A stretch of 64,000 nucleotides of DNA from an uncultured Chloroflexia bacterium (GTDB taxonomy: Bacteria > Chloroflexota > Anaerolineae > CG2-30-64-16): NCBI GenBank assembly GCA_963810095.1, contig CAWEMM010000008.1:64001-128000 (forward strand), written 5' to 3'. Position numbers and translations under genes: made by a program. Position 1 is the stretch's first letter; each line of letters opens with the position of its first letter. Below the pieces are notes generated by a model. It was not told the origin of the DNA. It saw only the letters and a program-made list of their open reading frames with translations, and made no database searches. Shown in pieces: positions 9,900 to 21,551 of the stretch.

Positions 9900-10139
9900 C
9901 AGGATCGGCTCGTTGCCTTCGTCGTGAAGCGGTTCTCCGGTCGCGCTTTGCTTGTTGCGGTCTTCGAGTCATCTTGTTGCTCCTCTTCGGCGTGCAGCAT
10001 ACGCGGGGAGCTCGTCCGCGTTCTCTGACTTTTATCGGATATGGGAGGCAAAGTGAGCGAGTCGCAAAACCGACAAAAGTCTTGGAATGCAGCGGCGGGC
10101 GCTACACTGCGTTCAAAAGTCGGGGTGAGGGAGGGTAGT

Positions 10140-10558
10140 ATGGCAACGGGACAGTTGTAGGGACTGGCAATCGAGCGAAGCTGACGCGGCTTGATTGGCT
10201 GAAACGGGGTGGAGCGGCGCTACTAGCGTCGCCGCGGTGCTACTGGTTCAGGTCGTGGCGCTGACGCTCCGGCCGGAGCTTGTCCAGTTCAAACCACTGG
10301 ATTCGTACCCGTACGTGCTCTTCACGGTCATTCCGGCGTTGGGTGCGACGGCGGTCTTTGCCTGGCTGGCGAACGCGGAGGCGACCCGTCGCTAAGTCCT
10401 GCCGATCGGGCGGTCGTTTGCTGCTCAGCTTCATCCCGACTATGCGCTGCCGTTGGCGGGCAAGACGCTGTTGGGGAGCACCGTGGCGCGGGATGCATGC
10501 GGTGGCGGGCATCGTGACGGTGCCACCTCGTTATCAGCTATCGCAAGCAGGTGGGTAG
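10140..10558 (+). pseudogene. degraded membrane protein gene (DUF6069-like)
   Basis: GGGAGG-ATG start; hydrophobic fragments (FTVIPALGATAVFAWL, LLSFIPD, MHAVAG) spread over several frames with stops. Confidence 0.45.
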
Positions 10559-10562
10559 GTAG

Positions 10563-11820
10563 ATGGGACACTCGGGAAAGCCTGAGGTGGTGTGGTCGGT
10601 GCAGGCCCGGCCGGGATGCTCCTGGCCTACCTGCTCGTGACGAACGGCATCTCCGTGCGTGTGCTCGAACGGCATCCGGACTTCAAGCGGGAGTTCCGCG
10701 GGGAAGGCATCCAGCCATCGGTCATGCAGACCCTGGACGAGCTGGGCTTTCTGCCGCACTTGCTTGAGCGAGGGATCGCGGTTTCGGCACACCAGGCGCA
10801 GATCTTCCTCGACGGCCAGCCGGTGGCGACCCTGGACGGCAGCGAGGCGGAGGCGGGGGATTTCGGGCTCATCGTTTTCCAGGAGGGCTTTCTCGAGTTC
10901 CTCCACCAGCAGTGCAGCCAGTACGAACACTACCGGCTGGATATGGGTGTGACGGTGACGGGCATCGTGCGCGAGGATGGCCGGGTGGCGGCGGTCAAGA
11001 GCGCGTGACGCGGGACGGCAAAGAGGCCATTGTCGCAGGGGACTTCTTCGTCACGGCGGCCGGGCGGGGCACCGGCCTGCGCGGCCAGGCCGGGCTCGGC
11101 GCCGAGGTGCTCGAGTCGAGCTTCGATATCTATTGGATGAAGTTCGACCCGGCGGAATTGTTGGGAGGTGACGCCCTCGTCCCGGACGGTTTTCACGCGT
11201 ACCTGCAAGACGAATCCATGTTCATCTTCTACCGGACCTACGACCAGCGCATTCAGGTCGCGTGGGGCAAGCGGGGCTGGAACGCGGCGGGGCTGCGCGA
11301 TCTGGCAGGCCTGAAGACCCAGCTGGTCCGGGAGTCGCCGGCCCGGTTCCGCGCGATGATCGCGCAGCAGTTCTCGGAGCAGACGGAGCGGCAGCTGCTG
11401 AAAGTGGCCTGTGACCGGCTGGATGCGTGGCACGTGCCGGGGATGCTGTTCCTGGGCGACGCGGCGCACACCATGTCGCCGGTCGCGGGCCAGGGCATCA
11501 ACCTGGCAATCCGTGACAGCATCGTGGCTGCGAATCACATGATTCGAGCCCGGGAAGCGGGCAGACCATGGGACAGTGCGATGTGTCAAGCGATCGAGGA
11601 TGAACGGCGACCGGAGGTCGAGGCGATGCAAACGTTCCAGGTGCGGCTGGGGCATCTCATGCTGGGCGCGCCGCGCTTGCAGCGCCGCCTGTTCTTCCGC
11701 TTCGGGCTGCCATTGCTCTCAGCGCTCGGCCTTCGCCAACGGTTCGTGCGCCAGGTCCAGCGAGGCGTGGTGGACCTGCGCGTCGAATACCCTGTACCGC
11801 TACGAGTCGTCGCCGTCTAG
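10563..11820 (+). CDS. FAD-dependent monooxygenase (UbiH/PHBH family; frameshifts near 10590 and 11005)
   Basis: VGAGPAG, RGEGIQP and LGDAAHTMSPVAGQGINLAIRD motifs. Confidence 0.85.
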
Positions 11821-12496
11821 GCGTCGACGCTAGCCTTCGCTTCCAGCCCCGTGCGGTTGGCGATGCGGATCTGGTGGCGGTCAACCTCGATCAGCCCTTC
11901 AGCGACCAGGGTGCGGAGGGCCCGGTTGAGCACGTCGGGAACGGTGCCCAGCCGGTTGGCCATCTCACCTTGAGTGGCCCACCGACGCCTGGGGACAACA
12001 TCCGTCGTTCGCATTCTCAACCAGCAGCCGCGCCAGCCGGGCCGTGACGGTGCGCAGCGACAGGTCTTCCACTAACGAAAGTAGTTGCAGCGCGCGGCCG
12101 GCCAGGGTTTGGACCACCAGCGTGGCGAAAGCTGGCTGCTCGAGCAGCCCCAGCACGGCAGCTGCGGGGATGAACCAGACCTGCGCCAGTTCGAGCGCTA
12201 CGACAGTGGACGCATTCGGCCTGCCGGCAAACATGGTGAAGTCGCCGAACACCTCGCCCGGGCCGACGACTCGCAGCGTCTGTTCTCGTCCGGAAGGCGA
12301 CGACTTGAGGGACCGCAGCCAACCGCTCTCGACCACGTGCATGCCCGTGCACGGTTCTCCCTCGAGGAGGACGATCTGGCCGGCCTCGTAACGCCTTGGG
12401 ACGGCAGTGCCGGCAAGGATCGAGCAATTGGGCCTGGTCGAGCCCGGCGAAATAGGGAACTTGCGACAGAAGGTGGACTGGCATGCCCATCGTCAT
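11817..12496 (-). CDS. Crp/Fnr family transcriptional regulator (frameshifted)
   Basis: VPYFAGL; cNMP-like domain GREQTLRVVGPGEVFG; VTARLARLL; HTH TQGEMANRLGTVPDVLNRALR, over three frames. Confidence 0.85.
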
Positions 12497-12804
12497 GTGC
12501 ATTTTCCTGACTGTGACGGGCCAATCTCGCCCGCACAAACTCAAGCGACGCCGAAGTTGCTGAGAATTATGTCATGTCTAAGAAGTCCTTCGCGCCGCTA
12601 ACGCTAGTGTTCGGGAAGTGGGGGCCGATCCGCAGCTTGGAGGTCCGGCCTCCCCGACCAGGCGCTTTCAGGGGCAATCGTGCGATCCTCAACCTTGCGT
12701 CGGTGCGCACAAGTCCGCAAACGCCGGAGCGTCTGCCTGCGCCTTGTGCCGAAGTGTGCGTGAACCTGAGTCGTCGGTGATAGCCGCAACCTCCGGTAGT
12801 GGAG

Positions 12805-13065
12805 TCATGCCCCGGTCCAAGCCGTTGCGCTCGTTTTGGCGGACGTTAGGGCCTCCGGCCAGAACACGAAGTACGCGATCGGCCCGGCGAAGCTGACGGA
12901 CGCGGCCAGGGTCCAGAGCCGCCTGTCGCCTCTGATCCTGTCTGCCGGGCGATGCCAGATATCCCAGAGTGCCATGGTCAACAGCTTGAGCTGCACGGCT
13001 GCCGCGATCTTGATCGCATTCCGTTGCCTCTCCGTCAAATCGTTCCACGTTTTTCGCTGCGTCAT
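12805..13065 (-). CDS. PLDc_N-like small membrane protein
   Basis: WNDL...ALWDIWHRP..IRG..RLW...GPIAYF; 4-nt overlap with the mrpG stop. Confidence 0.65.
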   Translation of the reverse strand: MTQRKTWNDLTERQRNAIKIAAAVQLKLLTMALWDIWHRPADRIRGDRRLWTLAASVSFAGPIAYFVFWPEALTSAKTSATAWTGA

Positions 13066-13412
13066 GGTAAGTCCCCTTTAGCAAGTCCGTCCGTAGGTTC
13101 GCCCAGGTCGTCGCGAATCAGCCCCCGCGGCCGGATGCCGACGCGCCAGGCCGCGGCGGCGAGCGCATGCGATGCGGTCGGGGCGCCGAGAATCAGCAGC
13201 AGGATCAGAACCGCGGCCTTCCCCGCGCCCAGCGGCGTCAGCAACGTCGCCGCGACGAGCAGCAGGACGACGCCAAACACGCTCACCTTGCCTGTCGCAT
13301 GCAGCCGCGTGTAGACGTCGGGCAGGCGGATAAACCCGATCACGCCGACCAGGGAGAAAGCAGTTCCGACGAGGACGGCCAGGATGGCCAGCACGAGCCA
13401 GATCTCTTCCAT
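13062..13412 (-). CDS. mrpG: Mrp Na+/H+ antiporter subunit G
   Basis: GFIRLPDVYTRLHATGK and APTASHALA motifs. Confidence 0.9.
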   Translation of the reverse strand: MEEIWLVLAILAVLVGTAFSLVGVIGFIRLPDVYTRLHATGKVSVFGVVLLLVAATLLTPLGAGKAAVLILLLILGAPTASHALAAAAWRVGIRPRGLIRDDLGEPTDGLAKGDLP

Positions 13413-13691
13413 CTAGAACATCCTCTCATCGGCCACGTATTTCGCCAGCGCGATCGCGCCGACGAAGCCCAGCGCAGCCAGGCCCAGCGCCACGTCGATG
13501 TACAACGCGTTCCGTTCGATCACGGCGATCAGAACCAGGATCGCCAGCATGAGCGTCGTGACCAGGTCAGCGCCAATCAGGCGGTCGATGAGGTTTTCTC
13601 CGCGCCAGACGCGATAGACGCTAACGGCAATCAGCGCCACGTGGATGCCCAACGAGATGCTCAGGACGAACGCCAGGACCTGCTCGAGCAT
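13413..13691 (-). CDS. mrpF: Mrp antiporter subunit F
   Basis: DRLIGADLV...YIDVALGLAALGFVGAIALAKY. Confidence 0.9.
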   Translation of the reverse strand: MLEQVLAFVLSISLGIHVALIAVSVYRVWRGENLIDRLIGADLVTTLMLAILVLIAVIERNALYIDVALGLAALGFVGAIALAKYVADERMF

Positions 13692-13708
13692 GCGCGAACA
13701 CGTCGCTC

Positions 13709-14192
13709 CTACTCCAGAATGTGGCTCAAGCAGCCGCCTGCGCAAGGAGTGCGCCGCGGCGATGGTCTCCTCCGCGTGCGACGCGTCCAGGCAGTGGACA
13801 TAGAGCGTCGCCCTCGTCGTCGACGCCGACCACCAGCTCGCCCGGCGTCACTGAGAGGGCATGGCTGCTGAGCGCGACGCCGAGCTCGCTCTCGCACTCG
13901 GAGGGTATCGCGAGGATGCCGGGCCGGATCGGGAGCCGGGGATTGAGGACGATGGCCGCCACGCCGATACCGCTGCGCACGATATCCAAGGCGAGCAAAC
14001 CGGCATAGCGGGCCAGCGCCCACAACGCCACCGGCAGGCGCCGCAGTCCTCACCGGGGAGCTTGCCGGTCGCAGGAGGAACGCAACGAACGCGGCAATCA
14101 GAAGCCCAACGAACACGTTGTTCCATGCCAGGTTGCCTGACAGCGCCAGGTAGATGGCCGTCACGACTCAGGATCGTCCAGACGTAGCCCAC
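13709..14192 (-). CDS. mrpE: Mrp antiporter subunit E (frameshifted)
   Basis: IRPGILAIP...LSVTPGELVV and LYVHCLD fragments across frames. Confidence 0.8.
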
Positions 14193-14200
14193 CTCTCCCC

Positions 14201-15683
14201 CTATCCGCCCAACACGGCCGCGATATACGATGCGGGCGAGAGCAGCGACGCGCTCACCGCCAGCGACAGGCGCAGCAGTGGCTCGGCCCACAGCCCCAGG
14301 AGCACGCACAGCCCGATCAACAGGGCCGGCGCGACGAGATGATCGCCCGCCGGCTTGGCCTTGTGCCCTTCGGGGAGCGGCTCCCACCAGATGAGCTGGA
14401 AGGCGCGGATCACATACAGCAACGTCAGGATGCCGCCCACGCCGACCAGGAAGACGGCCACGAAGTGCTCGGCCGAGATGCCGCTGCCGAAAACGAGCAG
14501 CTTGCTCACGAAGCCATTCATCGGCGGTATGCCGGCGAGCGCCAGCCCGCCGAGCAGGAACAGGCCGCCGGCAAAGGGCGCGGCCTTCCCAACGCCCGTA
14601 AGTGCGGAAAAGGCGGCCGACTTCGGCGACGCCCGGCTCGCCATCGCGCCGGCCAGCATCAGCATGCCGGCCTTCACGAGGCTGTGATTGACAGTGAAGA
14701 CGATGGCAGCCGTGATCGCGAGCGGCGAGCCCCAGCCGATCGCGACCAGGATGTAGCCGACCTGCGCCAGGGTCGAGTACGCCAGCATCCGCTTGGCGTT
14801 AGTCGCGCCCAGGGCCGTCAGCCCGCCGAAGAGCACGCCGGCCACGCCGAGCACAATCAGCAAGGGCCGCAGCGGGAAAAGCCCTTCCGGGAGCAGCAGC
14901 GTGGTCATGCGCAGGAAGCCGTAGACGCCGACCTTCACGACGACGGAAGAGAGCATGGCGCTGACGGCGGTCGGCGCGGCCGTATGGAAGTCGGGCTGCC
15001 AGAAGTGGAAGGGCACGACCGCGCTCTTGATCATGAAGAAGGCGGTCATGAGCGCCACGGCCGCGGGCAGGAGCGGCGCCGCGGGCTGGGCCGCGATGCG
15101 GCGAGCAAGGTCGGCCAGGTTGAGCGTGCCGTACGACGCGTACAGGCTGCCGGCACGCGAGCAGGAGCAAGACGCCGGCGACCAGGCTCATGTAGAAATA
15201 CTTGTAGGCGGCTTCCACGCCCAGCCGGTCATCGGCCAGGGCCGTCAGACCTGCGCCGGAGATGACAAGGAGCTCGGAGAAGACGAAGATATTGAACAGG
15301 TCGCCGGTGAGCATGACGCCGGTGAGACCCGCACAGAGGGTCAGGAACAGCGGGTAGAACGCCGGGTAACGGATGCACTGGTCGCCTGCGCCGAGGCTGT
15401 AGATGATGCCGGCGACGATCACGGCCTGCGACATGACGGCCATGGTCGCGCCCAGCAGATCGGCCGCGAAAGTGATGCCGTACGGCGCGGGCCAAGTCCC
15501 GAGCTGATAAACGACCGGCCGGCCCTGAGCGCCACACCTCGGCCAACAGCGACGACTGGCTGACGCGCAGGACACCAGTGCGGCGGCGAGCGCCCAGTAG
15601 CCGGCGCCGCGGCCCAGCCGGCGGGCGGCGAGCGCCAGCACCGCGCCGAAGAGCGGGATCAGGACCGGCAAGAGGACGAGCAT
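14201..15683 (-). CDS. mrpD: Mrp antiporter subunit D (frameshift near 15150)
   Basis: GTWPAPYGITFAAD, DLFNIFVFSE, KSAVVPFHFWQP, KVGVYG and GIPPMNGFVSK. Confidence 0.9.
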
Positions 15684-15684
15684 C

Positions 15685-16017
15685 TCAACCCTTCATCCCC
15701 GCGACCTCGTCGGAGTCGCTCGTGCGGTAGCGGATCGTGATCACGTAAACCAGGGCCAGGATGAAGGAGAAGGCCGCCATGCTGATCACGATGGCGGTCA
15801 GGATGAGCGCCTGCGGCAGCGCGTCGCTGCGTTGCCCGGTCGCCGTCGCGTACGCGGGAATGAGCCCCTGGTAGGCGCCGGTTGCGAGCAGGAACAGGTT
15901 GACCGCGTTGGACAGCGCCATGACGCCGATGGCCGAGCGCAGCACGTTGCGGCGGAGCAGCTGGAATACGCCGATGCCAAAGAGCGCGCCGATCGCCAGC
16001 GCCTTCAATAGATCCAT
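15685..16017 (-). CDS. mrpC: Mrp antiporter subunit C
   Basis: SNAVNLFLL and DALPQALILTAIVIS. Confidence 0.9.
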   Translation of the reverse strand: MDLLKALAIGALFGIGVFQLLRRNVLRSAIGVMALSNAVNLFLLATGAYQGLIPAYATATGQRSDALPQALILTAIVISMAAFSFILALVYVITIRYRTSDSDEVAGMKG

Positions 16018-16022
16018 CTTGC

Positions 16023-18917
16023 CTACTGCTCCATTTCCACCGGCCGGTCCTTCGGATGGCCGATCGCTTCCAGGATGAACGAGACGCCGCCGAGCACGGC
16101 GGCGAAAATGGCGACCTCGAAGACGAACGACGTGCTCAGATGGAAGCCCGCGGGCAGGACCAGGCCGGCGGCTTTCCCGTAGTCGAACTGGGCGAAGAAC
16201 TCGTCGGCGAGAAACGCAGCCAGCGTGCCGTTCACCAGCGCGATGAGCAGGCCGCCGACTATCATGCGGGCGGGGCGCAGCCACCAGAGCTGGCGCTGGG
16301 TCTCGGCATACCCGAAGACGACGTACCAGAACGAGACGGCCAGCCCGACGATGACAGCCGCGGTAAACCCGTCGCCGCCCTGGTTATGGCCGTACATCAT
16401 CTGGACCGCGGCGAGGACCAGGCTGAGCGGCAGCAACGCATAGCCCAACACCCGCACAAGCGGCGAGGTCCGGCCGCCCGAAATGCCCAGGATACGCGGG
16501 ACATCGCTCCGGGCGTCGTTGCGAACCTCGTCCGGGCGCAAGACATGTGCCGGCATCCAGGGCTTGTGCGCCGCATAGCGCAGCAGGGTGTACACGGCCA
16601 GCCCGGCCATGGCGAATACGGCGATCTCGATGAGCGTGTCGAAGCCGCGAAAGTCGATCACGACGGCGCCCACGATGTCGGCCGCGCCGACGGCCGGCTT
16701 GGCGTTGGCCTCGTAGTAGGGCGTCACGGCCGACGGCCGCGGGCGCGAGGCGAGCGCAACGAGCGCCAGCGACGCGACGAGCAACCCGGCGCCCGTGGCG
16801 ATCGACGGCATCGCGGATCAGGCCGGGCCGGCTCTGCGCGAAGGTGAACTCAGAGGCCCGCTCGCGCTCGGCACGCGGCAGGTTGCTCAAAGTGAGCGTC
16901 AGGATCACGACGCTGAGCAGGTCGACAACCACCTGCACGAGCGCAACGTCGGGCGCAGGCTCGAGGGCGATGATCACCGCGACGGCAAGCCCGGACGCAC
17001 CAAGCGCCAGGATCGCGGGAAAATCACGGCGCAGGAAGACGCTGAGCAGCGCGGCGCCGGCGGCGAGCAACAGGGTGAACAGCCGCAGAATCGCCAACTC
17101 GTCCGTCAGGTCCAGGGGCGCAAGCTGAGTGGGCAGCGGCACGCCGCCGAACAGCACCACCAGCGCCAGTACGCCGGCAATGATCACGAAGAGGTACCGG
17201 CGGAGCTGGCCGCTCTGCGTACGGGTCGCGAGCGCACCCGCCGCGTCGAGCCCGGCGATCACGCCGTCGTAGACCTGGTTGAAAGAGAAACGGCCGCTGA
17301 GCGAGCTGGCAGCGAGGCGGGCGCGCAGGGGGTCGCGGAAGATGAACAGCAGCGCGCCGATGCTGATGGCGATCGGCGCTCAGAATCAAGGGCGGGTTAA
17401 TACCGGTCCAGAAGGCCAGCGAGACCTTGACCGGCGCGCCGTATGCGGCGCCCGCCGCAGCGGCCAGAAAGCCGGCCAGGAAGGCAGGCTCGGGCCCGAT
17501 GCCGACGAGCAACGAGAGCAGCGCGGGGATCGCGGGCGTCGCGATCATCGGCCAGGGCGCCTCGTGGCCGCGCACGGACGGATCACGCGGGCGGCCGAAG
17601 AACGTATCCCACACGAACAGGCCGGCCTGCGCGAGCAAGAGCGCGCCGGCGGCCACTGCCGCGGCCGGAAAGAGCAAGTTGAGCGCGGCGGGGACCGCAG
17701 GATGGATCACCGTGGCGAGCAGGGTCTCCTTGGCCAGGAAGCCGAAGAGGGGCGGCAGGCCGGCCATCGAGAGCCCGGCGATGATGCGCAACCTCGGCCG
17801 TTACGGGCATCCACCGGCGCAACCCGCCCAGCCGCCGGAGATCGCGGGTGTGGGCCTCGTGATCGACGCTCCCGGTGACGAGAAAGAGCGCGCTCTTGTA
17901 GAGCGCGTGGGCGAGGACTGCGATGACCAGGGCCTTGAACGCGATGTCCGTATCCTGGCCGATCAGCATCACCATGGCGCCCAGTTGGCTGATCGTCGAG
18001 TATGCCAGGAGGCCCTTGAGATCGTTCTGCCGGAAGCCCTGGTACGCGCCGAGCAGCATCGTGACCAGGCCGACGAGGCTGAGCGTCCAGAACCAGGCAT
18101 CGGTTTGACCGATTGCCGGGTTCATCCGGGCGAGCAGGTAAATGCCGGCCTTCACCATGGTGGCCGAGTGCAGATAGGCGCTCGCGGGCGTCGGCGCGGA
18201 CATCGCTTCGGGCAGCCAGATGTGCGCCGGGAACTGCGCGCTCTTGGTGAAGGCGGCAAAGGCAAACAACCCGAAGACGGGGAGATACCACGGGCTGCTG
18301 CGCAGCAGGGCGCCACTGGATAGGACGGTCTGGAAATCGACTCCGCCGGCGATCGAACCGACCCAGACCACGCCCGCCAGGAGCGCGATCCCCCCGCCGC
18401 CCGTGATGAAGAGCGACTTCATGGCGGCTGCCCGCGCTTTCGGGTCCTTCTGCTTGTACCCGATGAGCAGGAAAGAGGTGATGCTCGTGCACTCCCAGCA
18501 GAACCAGAGGGTCACGAGGTCGCCGGCCAGCACGAGGCCGAGCATGGCCGCCATAAACAGGAACAGGTACGCGTAGAAGCGCGGCGCCGAGGGGTCGTCC
18601 GCGAGATAGTAGCCGGCATAGATGACGACAAGGGCGCCAATGCCGGTGACCAGGAGCGCAAACAGCCCGGCCAGGCCATCGAGGTAGAACGAGACGCTGA
18701 GGCCGAGCGACGGCATCCACGGGAGGGCCAGCGTCTCAGGGGGCGCGCCTTTTGCGGGAATGAGGGACAGCAGCAGTATGAAGGCGAGGGCTGGCAGCAA
18801 GGCCAGGACCCAGCCGGCCACTCGGGGCGAGACGCGGCCGAACCACGCACGCCAGGCAACTGCAACGAGTGCGCCGGCGAGGCAGAGCAGTAGCGGGACC
18901 AGCAGCGTGACGTCCAT
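16023..18917 (-). CDS. mrpA: Mrp antiporter subunit A fused to B (group 2 MrpA'; at least 3 frameshifts)
   Basis: KSAQFPAHIWLPEAMSAPTPASAYLHSATMVKAG, APDVALVQ, DFRGFDTLIEI and GHNQGGDGF in consecutive overlapping frames. Confidence 0.85.
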
Positions 18918-19019
18918 GGGAAGTGAGCGGCGCCCAACTCAACTGCGCTATTCTAGCACGGCTGGCTGGCGAACGCGGGCCGGATAGCCGCCGTGTCGTC
19001 GAAGGGCGGCACCGCGGCG

Positions 19020-19469
19020 CTATTCGTCCCTGGCCAGCAGGCGAATGATATCTGCCCGGGTGATGATGCCGACCAGGCGCCCGGCCTGCAACACCAGGAC
19101 CCTCCCGATATCGTGCCTGGCCATCTCCCAGGCGACATGCCCGATCGAGTCGTCTGCACCAACCGTCACGGGATTTCTGCCCATGATATCGGCCGCCGTA
19201 TGATGGCGAGCGGCAGCATAGATGTCTGCGAGCCGCTCAGGCTGGACCCATTCGGCAAAGAGCTTCGGCATCTTTACAGCTGAAAATGGCATCCCCTTCT
19301 GCTTCAGGAACAAGTCGTTTTCAGTCACGATCCCAAGGACACGTCCTTCCCCGTCAGTCACCGGCACGCCGCCAATCTTGCGCTCGGTCAGGAGCCTGGC
19401 GATTTCGGCGACTGTCGTTTCAGGTCGTACGGTGACTGGGTTGGCGGTCATGATCTCACTAGCTTTCAT
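19020..19469 (-). CDS. tandem CBS domain protein
   Basis: IMTANPVTV...VLGIVTENDL / IMGRNPVTV...LVGIITRADI. Confidence 0.9.
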   Translation of the reverse strand: MKASEIMTANPVTVRPETTVAEIARLLTERKIGGVPVTDGEGRVLGIVTENDLFLKQKGMPFSAVKMPKLFAEWVQPERLADIYAAARHHTAADIMGRNPVTVGADDSIGHVAWEMARHDIGRVLVLQAGRLVGIITRADIIRLLARDE

Positions 19470-19511
19470 CTTGCTGACTCCGTCGATATTGTTCAAATCT
19501 GTCTGAAGGGG

Positions 19512-19877
19512 TCACGTGGCGTAGTTCTTCCGGTTCTCGCCGCGCACCTTCAGGACAGGGACCGCGAACATGAAGCCCGAGTTAGGGCGGTCCAGGTCAC
19601 CCAGGATCGCCTCCGTTGCGTGGAAGAAAGCATCGAGGTCGACGCGGTCTGGCAGCACGGTGAACAGACTGCGATGGTGCAATTCCTCGCGCTCGAGCAG
19701 GCTGCGCAGACCCGGGAACAGCGGCAAGTCGTCGCGCAGCGCGTTCTGGGCCAGGTACTGGCCGGCGCCGCTGCTTTCGAGGATGGTAATGCCGCCTGCG
19801 CCGGCAGCGTGCCAGCCGTTGATGATATCGTTCAGGCGGTCAGGGTCGAGCAACACGAGCCATACCATTGTTGACAT
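19512..19877 (-). CDS. PII-like protein
   Basis: GAGGITILESSG and C-terminal GDLDRPNSGFMFAVPVLKVRG, similar to the PII fold. Confidence 0.7.
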   Translation of the reverse strand: MSTMVWLVLLDPDRLNDIINGWHAAGAGGITILESSGAGQYLAQNALRDDLPLFPGLRSLLEREELHHRSLFTVLPDRVDLDAFFHATEAILGDLDRPNSGFMFAVPVLKVRGENRKNYAT

Positions 19878-19890
19878 GCGAAGTTCACTC

Positions 19891-21115
19891 CTATGCACCA
19901 TTTGAGGCTTGGGGCGCCGGCGCGGCGGGCTTGCGTGCGAAGACGACGCGGAGCAGGATCGGCGTCACAAGCGTGGTGACGAGCACCATGATCACGGCGA
20001 TGGAAATCAGGTCCGGGGGCACGACGCCGTTGATGACGAGCAACTGCGCCACGATCAAGCCGACCTCGCCACGCGAGATCATGCCGACGCCCAGCCTTAA
20101 CGACTCTGCCGCGGGAGAAGCCCCCCAGGAGGGCGCCAGCCCCGCTGCCGAGAACCTTCGAGATCACTGCCACGACCGTGAGGAGCGCTGTCAGGAGCAC
20201 CAGTTCGCCGCGAAGCGCCCAGATGTCAACCTGCAGGCCAATGTTCACGAAGAAGATCGGCACGAAGAAGCCATACGCGAGCGCACTGATGCCCTCCTCG
20301 ATCCGACGGTGCGACCGCGCGCGTCCGGCAAGGATGCCGGCAAGAAATGAACCGGTGATCATGGCGACGTGGCCCACCACCTCGGCCGACCAAGCGAAAA
20401 GCATCGCGACTACCGCTGCCGTAGCCAGCAGTCCCTGGCTGATCGGCAGGTGATCCACCCGATTAAGCAAACGCGGGACCAGGATCCAACCCAGCCCGCC
20501 GAAGAGGGCGACATAGAGCACCACCCGGCCCAACAGGACGGCGATATCAGCCGGGCTTGAGCCACCGCCCGTTGCGATGGCGAGAAATATCGAAAGGAGC
20601 AGTATGACGAGGACATCATCGACTACCGCCGCCCCGAGCAGCGCAACACCTTCGCGGCTGCGCAACACGCCGAGCTCGAGCAGGGTCTGCGCCGAAATGC
20701 TGACGCTCGTTGCGGTGAGGAGCATCCCAATGGCGATCGCCTGGGTCGTCTCATAGCCGAATGGAAGCGCCACGCCCGCGCCCATGACCAGGGGTACGAT
20801 GACGCCAAGAAGGCCCGCAAGGATGACCACTTTCCCGGCCTTGCGCATCTGGCTCAGGTCGGCCTCGAGGCCGGCCAGGAACATGAGCAAGATGACGCCA
20901 AGCTCCGCTAGCTCGGTGATCGTCTCGGGCAGCTGCTCACTGGTGAGGAATGGCAGCGCCTGGATGTTCATGAGCGAGGGGCCCAACAGCAAGCCGGCCA
21001 GGATCTCACCGAGCACGGCCGGCTGGCGAAAGCGCGTGCTGAGGTAGCCCGCAGCCTTGGCAACGGCGATCAGGACACTCAGCTCAAACAGGAGCTGTAA
21101 GACTGGCGACAACAC
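19891..21115 (-). CDS. CPA2 cation:proton antiporter (NapA/GerN-like; frameshift near 20110)
   Basis: QPAVLGEILAG, ATSVSISA, GAAVVDDV, FVPIFFVNIG and MISRGEVGL. Confidence 0.85.
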
Positions 21116-21121
21116 AACCTC

Positions 21122-21523
21122 CTACTCACTCGCTTGCCATATCTCGGCCAACCAATCGAAGATCACCCGGTTCAGCAGCTACAGATTGTCGACCTGGCAG
21201 TGCGCTGCTCCGCCGATTTCCTCAGTGAGGATAGCCAGCCGCTTGCGCGGGTTCGGCAGGCGCTCGTACGTCTGCCGCGTCTGCTCCAGCGTCGCCTGCG
21301 CCTCGCTTTCGCCCGCGATGCGGCGGGTCAGGGCCGGCCGGGGAGCCTGCCAGCTCACGGCGTCGCCGTCTCCGATTCGCTCGGCCGCTTGATAGCACAC
21401 TCACGCGTCGCTGCCGCAGACGGCCTGCCGGCCCAGGATCCACGAGAAGTAGTAATCCATATCCTTGTGCTCGAAGCGGTATTTCTCCGCGCTGCGCCGC
21501 GCAACTGGCTGTGCGTCGGTCAT
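21122..21523 (-). pseudogene. internally deleted alpha/beta-hydrolase remnant
   Basis: N-terminal MDYYFSWILGRQ..GSD*..CYQAAERIGDGDAVSW joined directly to C-terminal GGAAHCQVDNL*LLNRVIFDWL; two in-frame stops; catalytic core missing. Confidence 0.55.
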
Positions 21524-21551
21524 AACTCACCTCGTCTGACCGGCCGGCGGG

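Noticed and set aside
21401-21403. In-frame TGA near Cys codons (DA*VC) as selenocysteine
   Set aside because: It lies in a deleted pseudogene that also has a TAG stop; no SECIS-like hairpin recognised
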